DNA of 64,000 nucleotides from assembly GCA_030141605.1 (NCBI GenBank), contig JAQGDQ010000184.1:362210-426209 (forward strand), written 5' to 3'. Source of the DNA: Tubiluchus corallicola (Eukaryota > Animalia > Priapulida). A model generated the notes under the pieces. It searched no databases. It saw nothing but the letters and a program-made list of their open reading frames with translations, and had not been told where the DNA came from. This document shows, piece by piece, positions 53,791 to 64,000 of this stretch. Every line of letters starts with the position of its first letter. The stretch's first letter is position 1. The position numbers and the translations under genes are program-made.

Positions 53791-56601
53791 TTTCTGAAAA
53801 GGTGAGTAAGAGAGAGGGGGAGCAGAAAGACAGAGAGAGAAAGAAGAAGGGAAGAACCGCAGAACGAAAAACGAACCTTACGTAGATGTACAAAACACAT
53901 GATACGATACAGTAACTATGTAAAGGCAGCTGGTTGTTGCTTAATACCTTAGTGAAAAACTCGTCCTAGGTTCACTGTAGCTCACTGTACAGTAATACGA
54001 AGCGTACGAAACTAGACACAATATTCTGTATACAAATTCTGCAAAGAACTGAACGGGTGGGCAACGACGTCAAGTTTTTGTTTGTTTGAAATGTCCGAAG
54101 CCAAGAGACCCCGTATAAAAGCAGCGAGCACGCCATTGCAAGACATTTTTGTTGAGCGTTTCATTGTGAAACACGCGAAGTTTGTTATCAGTAATTTGTG
54201 GCGTAGGCCTATTTACGAAAGTTATCAAAACGTTGGCAGCCGCGATCAGATAATTTTTGTTTATAACAGTGAATACTTTTCAATGTTACCAACATCTGAG
54301 TAAACTTGAGTAAACGTGAGTACACTTTATATTTATTTCTTATTTATGAAGAAAATTATTTTAGTACTCGCGTAACATCGCTGACAATAGCGTTTAATTT
54401 TGATAATCAGTTTCGGGTTACTGAGTTTAAAAGTCAGAAAAAAAATCTTATGCCATTGTTATCTGTAGATGTCGACTGGAAGCACTTCAGTTCATATAGT
54501 ATTGGTAATGCACACGGTTGTGCAAAAATGACTAAATTTTCGCCATGTTTGCAAGCTACTGTTACTGTATGATTTTGTTATATGCAAGCCAGTCATCTAC
54601 GATTGGTGATTTTTTTCGGTTTTTTGCTTTGAAGCCTTCATATAATTTTTAAAAATTTAGTTTTCTCAGCATTATTACAATTTTTCAGCAAGTTTTTGCG
54701 CCAGAATTACGATATTTTTAGGTAGGGATTTGAAGCCATGACGCAAACACCTACAAGTTAAAACATGATGCGGTAGTTTAATAGTGCCACTGTACTGCAC
54801 GTTAACTGTTTTCTTTGCCAAGTGACTAAACATTCGCATTACATCAGTTGGCACAAAATACGTGCCAAAGTTTAGAATATATGCCGACGATATTATAAGA
54901 AGGAAAAAAACGAAATCGTTTGAAAATTACCACACTGATGTTGCATACGGAGTTTTACATCAGCAATTCAAAAAAGTAAATCGAGACCGCCCTATATGCT
55001 TAAGTATGCTTAATTACTGCTTTAAATTTAGGAAGCTCTTAATAGTTAAATAACATTTTCCCTTTAAAACTTGGGCAGATGCTTCATTTTGTCTCATGTC
55101 TTCGACCATTAACTATTTTTACTGTGCAGCTAATTCATTTTAATAAAACAAAATTACACTTCAGATTCAAACTGCCAATTTGTAATATAATTTGGCATAT
55201 TTGAAATAATTATATGAGATACGTATGCCAGTAATTTATAGGCCTCTATGTATCCATTTTGAAGAGGTCGCGCTCATCGAGTTGTAGAGACACAGTTTCC
55301 ACAAATGCATCAGAACTGGAAAAAAATCTGTTCAAATCTCGCTGTTGCGACAAAACATTAGCCAAAATTTTGCCAAAGAAGAAGAAAGAAGAAATAAATA
55401 CTGTATCAAAATTAAATCTGTAATTTGTAATGACATATTATTTTGTGCACTTGGTAAGAATCATCATATTTATATGTCAACCATATTAATCATAATTTAT
55501 TTATGTAATTTTTCTCATGTTTTTATTATTTGGGCTTCGCTTCTACCTAATCAAATTAAGCAGTAAATGTAATAATTAAAATGTTTGCATAATTTTAGCA
55601 TAGGGACGGGACGGGCCTAACACACTGAAGATTCTCATAATCTCTTTCCAGACTCGTACCACCTTTTTGAAAACTCTATCGCTCATAGCTACAGCCTTTT
55701 TTGTTATTTTTCCGTGCTCTATTCCCATGGACAGCACAGCTTTAGACTACAAGTGCATATCATATGAATTAGGCTTTATATATTGTCACAACTTGGATCA
55801 GAATTAAGATGTCTGTTTGTTAATGGCAAGATTAAATACGCCGATTAAGAAGGGAGTAAGCAATATAGAACGAAGTTAAATAATTCGACTTTAAACTTGA
55901 AATTATTTTCTGTGGTTGATTCTCTGTTAAAACTTTACACCGCATTTTGTATTGAATTGTTCTGTTTTATATAATAATCATTTGTTTCTTTTCCAACTTT
56001 ATTAACTTTATTTATCATTGCATTTTTAGCTCCTTAACGTCGTTATTGAATACATGGATGAGGGGGTTCTGGTAACGAAAAATTTATGTATCATACTAAA
56101 CCACAAATAAAAATCGTATGACTGTATTCCATCGCCATAATAAATTATGAAGAATATCAGTTCTTTATCATTCTGTTGGAAACTCATTTACAGAAAATAC
56201 CCTGTTCAAATTGTGCAATTTATCAATGAATCTTATTTATTTAATTTTTGCTTTTAGGCGCCATTCCAGTTTTGCAGTGGACGGTCATCAAATTCCTGCC
56301 CTTGTATAGATAAAACGGGAAAAAAGGAGAACGAAAATAGCAGATCCTGATATTCCAAGGAAACGTGTTCGGTTGCCATTGTCCAATAAACGAATGATAC
56401 ATCAAATATGAGTTTATGTACAAAAGTCTAGTTTATATTTAACTAAATACACAAATCTTAATTTTTCTTGTATAGAATGTTCATTTACATTAAACTTTTG
56501 ATTTATTTTCTCTGCCTCGAGGTTGAAGTATGTTAGGTAGTTTAGCTGAAGAGTTTTTAAACACGTTTGCATATTAACACAAACGTTTTTTCCAGTAGAA
56601 G

Positions 56602-56763
56602 ATGCGGCAAATGCACAGTTACGGTCGCAGATGGGAAGCAGGTCCCAGGAGGCTGCATCGGGCGTGCAAACAGGATTCACTGGCGACATCAACATTACAA
56701 GAGGTAAAACTGCTTGTGGGAGCAGGAGAACCCGATACCAGCTTCACAACCTTGAGTGACGAG
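56602..56763 (+). CDS. Candidate coding exon, weakly ankyrin-repeat-like
   Basis: GC-rich island bounded by the acceptor ttttttccAG (56595) and the donor GAG|GTGAGA (56764). The open frame is MRQMHSYGRRWEAGPRRLHRACKQDSLATSTLQEVKLLVGAGEPDTSFTTLSDE. No matching downstream exon identified. Confidence 0.25.
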
Positions 56764-58567
56764 GTGAGACATTAGAGATGCCGTGGCATCCCTTATCATA
56801 CGTCATGATAATTATTAACTTTCTGGTGTCTTCACGCTGAGAAAATGTCCCAGGTATCTCTAGATTTGTAGTGGTTCAATTATAAGTTAGGGCCCTTTAT
56901 TTTTGAAACAAACGTAGGATCATGTATGAGAATATTTGGCAGTTTTCCACTAATGGAGAAATGGCCATGAAAAATACAAGTTTATAATCTTAATATTACG
57001 TGAATAAAGTTATGCTTTCTTTAGTGATTCTGACAATACCTTCTGGCAAGTACTAGGTGACTAGATGTTTTAGGTGAATATGTGCAGCATACAGCAACAG
57101 ATTTTCAATGTTCAATATGAGAATTTCATAAACCAACATTGCATGAATTTTTGTAATTTTTAATGGTAATCAGATTTTTGCTATTTTTTCTTTTATTATT
57201 AATTCACTTATATAAATTATGCTTCTTAAATAACTGCACAACGATATTTTTGATTCGTTTAAAGTCTTTGCAATGCATACTAGTGTGATGAGTGATGACT
57301 CATACTTGTATAACAGTAATGTACTAAACCCCCATTGACCCAAGAAGTGAGTCTATTAAGTAGCACCTACTGTATTATCAATTTTTATTGTTATCAATAT
57401 AGTACTATTTTCTCTTTTTTATCATTACTCCTAATAAAAAATTAGTGTTTAGCAAATAGTCAAAAAGATATTAAATATTTCAGGCATTGTTATGCTTCAT
57501 TTTATCTCCCTTTTCACTTCATTAATACAACATTTTTTGTCTCATCACATTGTTTTTTCAGTTATTTGTCTTCAGTAGTTTTTTGTCTAACACAGCCAAA
57601 CGCGCTGACATTGTCTTTTGAAAACTAATTTAACTTTAATATGTGCAGAAAACATCTTGCTATTGGCTGTAACGGTGGTTGTCGTGTTGTAGCTAAATGT
57701 TCTATAACAGCTGTCGCATATTGTAGTTACGTAGTGTTTTGCTAATCATTTTGCAAGGTATTTCGAAACTCTCAAATGCTTACAAAGAGATTAATTGTTT
57801 TATTTGTGTTAGCAATTTGGTCACCACTTATTTTCTATTAATGTTCAACCTTGATAATTATTTTTAGATTCAAATCAATGTTGATGACACAAGGCAGCAG
57901 AACAGCAACGACAAAAAGAAGATAACAGTATAGCCGTTCATTCACAAGCAATCTTATGACAGATACTGCGGGTATTCCAGAATCGTGGCAGTAGCAAAGC
58001 TTCTTCCGCCTTGGAACAAGGGCAGTTCTTTCCAAACAGTCTTAAGGTCATGTATATATTGTTGATTTCCTATTCAAATAGAGAATCCAAGTCCAAAACG
58101 GAAATTAAGAACCATGAATTAAAAATTAGCATGAAAGGTATTGGTACTTGAGCAATTAAATTGAATTTCAATACTTTTAATCGAAACTTAATACAAGTTA
58201 GCACTAATACGAAAATTTCTTGTTAAAATTGAAGTGTCTATTTTTTGCTATTTCATTTCAACTCGGCCTTAAATATACAAATGTAAACAACTTTCTAAAC
58301 GGATTCAATGTACGAATCAGACGTACAAACAACATGAAGTCTGTCACTGAAGTTACTTTCTTACTTAAGAAGTTAGATCACAAACTATGAAAAAGGGGAG
58401 CCTACTGAAAACAGGGTGGTCAGGTTTGTTACAAGGCAGGATCCGCATTGTTGAGGGTGTAAGGTGCCAGACAAAAGTTCTGTCCTCGGTAGGTTGAGTG
58501 TTGAAGGTCAACATTTTTACTGCATTCATTCTGCAACGTCGAACTTTTGGGTAAAGTTTTGATCACA

Positions 58568-58648
58568 CTCATTCTCTCATTCATTCACTCACTCACTCAC
58601 TCGCTTGCTCACTTATTCACTCGCTTGCTCAACTTATTCACTCACTCC
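58568..58648. repeat. Degenerate (ACTC)n repeat
   Basis: Directly visible. Confidence 0.8.
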
Positions 58649-60691
58649 TCTAAAATTTATTAGGTTGAAATTTAATCATGTACACTTTAATCATGTAAAT
58701 TTAACTATTAGGAGCTTTTTTGCAATAGCTTTTTTGTCACAACGAATCTCTGACTTGCAGAAATTTTGTAGCCCGAGGGAACATGATGAATATGAATAGA
58801 ACAATAATACAGCTGTAAGGAGCTTAGCTTAGCGCAAAATAATTTTATGAATATCCATATGTACATACGTGGAACTTTTACATCCTGTAATTCACAGCCT
58901 AAAGTCTCTCGGTGAGCAAAGTGCTTTGCAATTTTAGTAAAACTATTCGTGTTTGTCTTACCAATTATTTGCTGGTCACTGCAATAATTGTAAACAAGTT
59001 TAACTTCCGCTATCAACTACTGCATAGATCAAAGAGCTGATTCTTTATTTTAAATTTCATTATTATTTTTATAGTCACACTTACTTCATTTTCAAGCTGC
59101 TGCCTGCTTTTAGTTGTGCTCTTAGTACCATAATTAAGTAATAATTAGTGTCACTAGACAACAATATTACGTTAGGTAATTGTTACAAATCATAAGTAAG
59201 GCTTATAGTTGGTAGAAGAGGGTAAATTTAGAAAAGTGGAGCTTCTTCAGTCATGAACGTGTTTTTCTCATTTTTGACACCAAATTTCATTGCCATTTTA
59301 CCCGAAGGTTTAAAAAGCACCCTAATGTAATTTACCCTCACCCTCACATAATATACTAACTTTAAAATTAATTAATAATTATTTAAGTTAATCTCAAGAT
59401 TTTACAAAATCAGCAGTGCGCGCGAAGTTTGGTTACCCGTAATACAAAATGAACAAGTACATTTTGTAAAATTTTGGCTTAATTAGTATATAGTTAATTG
59501 TTTTAATTAGTTTTAAGTAAGAAGTAGATTTATAGCTACTAAATCCTCTATATTACTAGAAATGGCATTGAAGGCAGCTTGAGTTATGAAGTATTTAGTG
59601 ATCAAAAGTTTTCAAGCATCACTCGTATAATTTTATAAATGGCCTTCGCTTTTTATGATAATTTCTTATGTTTGCACCTCTTAATAAGACCATTACGTTT
59701 GGAAGTTAAATTTTACCCTTTTCAGCAGTTTCGTGAATTGTAATTAAGAAATGTTGCGTATAAAGTTATGGGGTGTTCCGTTTAGCATTTTAAAGAGACA
59801 TTTTTGTATAGGAATAGCTGAACTTATACTAAATTGTACTCCATAATAACTGTAGTTAAAAATAGCAAAATTCATTTTCAATCGGACATTTCTTAGCTAT
59901 ATTATTTTCCTTAATGGTGGTTATATTTCTATTATTGTGCTTCACTGGACAGGTAAGCAACTAGTACTTTCTTCAAAAGTTTTTAGACAAAGGTCCAACT
60001 TAACTTAACGACTCCGGTTAAGCCGTTTCGTTTCTTAGGAAGCAGCTACGTCACTGAGCAAAAACTTGTATATTTGTTTTGTGGTAGTTATTGAAAAATG
60101 TGAGGTTCAGCGGTACATTTAACAGTTCAACAGTTCTTTTTCCTTGTCAATCCTAAATATGATGTAGCGATAACGGGTCTAGCAGTTTGCCTCTCTAGCA
60201 CGCGGAGTATTTTTTAGACTAATGGAGCAGTACCCAGTACCAATTCTGATATAATTGTAGCTTTGTTTTATAAATAGTTCTTGCAGTTAGGCTTATAATT
60301 TACAGTTTTTGCTTACAGTGTTCAGTGTTAATTCTTGGTAACACGTATTAAGTTTTGTAGTGATTTACTAGTAGCACTATGCCTTATATCTTCCACTTTG
60401 AAAAATTATGGGTCCCATGGTAGGCTTATTACTATCAACATTGCTTTTCCCTTGGTTTATGCTAAACATGATCGTAACGGTAGCGTTTCACTGCAAAAAT
60501 ATTAGCAAACAATGAATTTGTCACTTCAGTTTCATGGTAGCAGACATAGTAGTTGGCAAGCGGAAGTATTTGGTATTATTGGAGCCTGTTTACCAATAAG
60601 ACTTATAATACCGTATATTTAAATCACGCTGAGATAAACAGATGTGAATAAGAAACCTCGAACACGTTTTAGTTTGCTTTATCAGGAACTA

Positions 60692-60870
60692 ATTCTGTAC
60701 TTCTTTTATGTGGCAACCTGGTATTGATTTGAGTTAGGGAAACTAGAAGAAATGTGCACGTATAAAAAATATTGTCAAACTGTATAGAGAGGAGCTTTTG
60801 TTTTAGTTTGTTTCATCAAGAACCAATTCTGTGCTTTTTTTATGTTGGCAACCTGGTATTGATTTGAGCT
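60692..60870 (+). repeat. ~45-bp direct duplication
   Basis: aattctgt.ctt.ttttatgt(t)ggcaacctggtattgatttgag at ~60692 and ~60825. Confidence 0.85.
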
Positions 60871-61609
60871 TTTTTCAATTGAACAGAATCACTGGTTCAC
60901 ATCCAGAGGATCCAGAGGACACATCCATATAGAAGGGCAGGGTCGAATCCATATGGTTGATAAAAGAACTGGTAGCAGTTGGACCACGAAAGTTTCGTCC
61001 AATGACAGTGACACAGGATAGTTACATATTTGGTCATACGTGTATCAGTTATTAGTTCACAGCTGCCATCAGTAAATCTGATCAGAATCATTGTCAGCAA
61101 ATTCATGATTAGCTTGCACTTTTGTATGGCGCATTTTTTCTTTTTTTAAACGCGTAAGCTTTTATTTTAGAAAAGTGAGAGACTTGTTAGCCTATAGTTC
61201 ATAATTTACTGTCATATTTTAGACATTTCAGTCTGAAAGTTTTATACACGAGTGTTTTGATTGACTATAAAAGAGACCCTGCGTGGAAAAACGTGAATTT
61301 AAAAGAACGAAATTTCTTTTGCGCTTGTGTTTACCATCCGAGAGAAGTTATTTTGAAAAACTGCCGCATCAGGATTGAGGTGTCTGCAAAAATAGATATG
61401 ACGGGTGCAGCCAAAAAATGACATTTGATCATATCTGTCCAGAGTTGCCGAGAGGTTTTAATCCAGATTAGTTCATTCATTCAACTTTGTGAAAAACTTT
61501 GTGAAAAGAAGACTCGTTAGTTATGAATGAGACAACAATAGGCCATTGTAGGCTAATTTTTATACACATTTTAAAGAGTAAGATATGAGATTTAAAATAT
61601 TTCCCAGTG

Positions 61610-61792
61610 AACTTTCCACACAAGTTATATTACTCGTCATTATGCTTACCAGATTGTAATTGGAAAAGAAAATTCTTAATATAAAATTTTCGCGCTAACT
61701 GATAAAACTTCACTACATCGCCGTCAAAGTGTACACCACTGAGTCACCAAAAACACGTTACAGATCTTACTGACCAAATGTGTAATTTAAAC
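61610..61792 (+). repeat. Dispersed repeat, homologous to 52268-52466
   Basis: Same shared blocks as above. Confidence 0.75.
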
Positions 61793-62251
61793 GCTTAGTT
61801 TTTTAGAGAAAATCAAGTATGTTTTATCTTCACCCACTCTAACTACCCTGCGTTAGTGAGTGAGGTAATTCTTGAAACACTCGGGATTGCAAATCTATAT
61901 GTTATATTAAATAGCGAGTTGGTTATTTTTATTTAAATGTTTCTAGCAGTACATCCCATCTTAATCTATACTAACGTGCACTGTACATGACATTGACATT
62001 GACTATTCGTACTGACGTGTGTAGAGGCCTACACCCGTTCTAACATGTGCTGTATTCCTGGAAGCATAGTGATAAAAACAACAAAAACAACATTGAATTG
62101 CGGGTAATTTTGTCAAAAAATTTAACAATTTCAGCAATGAATAAAGCGGCATTTGCGTTAACCTGCAATGCAAGTTAAGATCAGACAAATAACAGTGCGT
62201 ACGACTTTGATCTAACCACTGATTAGTTTTTTTCGTTTTAGTGTAAATAAG

Positions 62252-63975
62252 AGCAGCAAATATATCATTTTTTCACTTCTTAACTAGTGGTTTTACTAAA
62301 TCAACTTCCACTTCAGCAAAAAATCGAATAACGTATTGGATGTGCCTTTTTATCGTTTTCCTGATTTAGAAATGGTGTATACATTGACCTTTCGCAACTC
62401 TCTCTAAGTGCTATAAAGAGTCCCTTTGTTGTCTCTTTCATAAGTATTAAGTCTTTTTCTCACATTGATCGATGAATTAATTAATCCTGAATTAAAGAGA
62501 GTTTGTTCCAGACTGGACCTCTCTTACATAGCCCAGTCTAATGACTCGCGTGTTAACGTTGTTAGCTTAAAATTGAAGTAGTCAATTAAAAACCACTGAC
62601 TAGGAACTGATTCTCACTTTTCTAAAAATAGAACTCTATACAGTTTAAGTGAAAAAATGCACCATAAAAATATAAGATTGTGAATTTGCTGAAAGATTAG
62701 GATTACTAATTGAAGTAATCAGAGTGAACGATACACAGTTCGACAAAATATGTACTGCCTTCACCCACTAACTACTCTGCATCAGTGCGTGAGGTACTAG
62801 TCGAAACACTCGAGATTCCAATTCTTCTTGAATTCAAAACTTGAACCAACGGCAGGATTCTTCAAAAAAATTAAGCAGAAAAATTATCGTAGACCAAAAT
62901 CACAGACGTTTCAGATGAAGTTTGCGGAGTCTATTTTTTGTTTTGTTGAGTAATAGTACAACGAAATGCCAAGCAAGAACCTAATAGGCTAGGTTACTTA
63001 CAATGCTATATTTCTGTATGTTGCTTCAAACTGTTTTTTGTATTTTGAAATTCACCAAATTAGTGATTAACAATGCCTCATTCTTTTTTATGCAAATATT
63101 TGCAAGCTCTCTGCAGGGTTTTATTCCTGACAGAATACTGCTCCTGGTTCAGATTTAGGGTTCAAGAAGAATTGGCTTCTGCTTCGAAATTTTTGAAATT
63201 GTGGAATACTTTATCTTTACGATGACATTGTAAATTTTAAATTGTAAATTGTAAATGTTTTGTTTTTTTATATTTAGTAATGTCAGTGTTTTTAGTGTAG
63301 TTGTTAGTCGTAAAATTTAATTGTAATTTCTTTGGCTCATTTATGCTGAAATAAATAGCAACGAATAAATAATCTGTTGAAAATCTCTAGTGTTTCGACT
63401 AGTACCTCACGCACTGATGCAGAGTAGTTAGTGGGTGGAAGGCAGTACATATTTGGTCGAACTGTGTATCGTTCACTCTGATGACTTAATTTCTCTTTAA
63501 TCAGTAAACTTTTTTTCAGTAAACCTAATCTTTTTTTCATAGAATTCACAATCTTATATTTTTATGGTGCACTTTCACCTAAAATGTATAAAGCTGTATT
63601 TTTAAAAAAGTGAGAGTCAGTGGCTAGTCTAAAAATTTTAACACGAGAGTCCTTAGACTGGTCTATACAAGAGGGGTCCAGTTTGAAACAAACTTTTTCA
63701 ATTCAACATTAATTAATTCATGCTTCGGTGTGAGAAAAAGACTTAATACTTATGAAAAAGACAACAGCATGAATTGTGGTTGATATGCATTTGTAGTCAT
63801 TTTGTGAAGACACTACAGTGAAAGAGAGAGAGTGGCAAAAGGTCAATGTAAACATTATTTCTAAATCAGGAAAATAATAAAAATGCCACATCCAGTATGT
63901 TATTCATATTTTGTTTCCCGAAGTGGAAGTTGATTTAGTAAAGCCGCTAGTTGGCGAAAAAATGATATACCTGCT
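62252..63975. repeat. Large inverted repeat: arms ~62252-62821 and ~63378-63975, spacer ~555 bp
   Basis: Collinear reverse-complement blocks, e.g. cacccactaactactctgcatcagtgcgtgaggtactagtcgaaacact (exact), ttttcataagtattaagtctttttctcaca-like, and tttactaaatcaacttccacttc. Confidence 0.92.
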
Positions 63976-64000
63976 AGAAATAGGGTGCAGTAGGATGTAA

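Overview
AT-rich animal nuclear DNA, probably from a protostome invertebrate. It is not prokaryotic, so there are no operons or CRISPR arrays. The only confident genes are two tandem, same-strand class A GPCRs with intronless coding regions (38737-39957 and 48443-49477). Both belong to the short neuropeptide F / prolactin-releasing peptide (NPY-superfamily) receptor group, and they diverge most at ligand-facing positions. The rest is non-coding DNA with decayed LINEs (RTE, CR1, L2-like), tRNA-derived SINEs, several MITEs (one MULE/Foldback-type element has a perfect 9-bp TSD), microsatellites, a ~26-unit 63-bp minisatellite with two open minus-strand frames, and two large inverted repeats. One of these is a 730-bp palindrome centred on a tRNA-like Pol III head. 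Most ORFs in the supplied track are spurious. I found no firm evidence of a wholly new system. The best leads are the receptor pair with altered binding-pocket residues, the tRNA-centred palindrome and the 63-bp array. All identities and counts are by-eye estimates.
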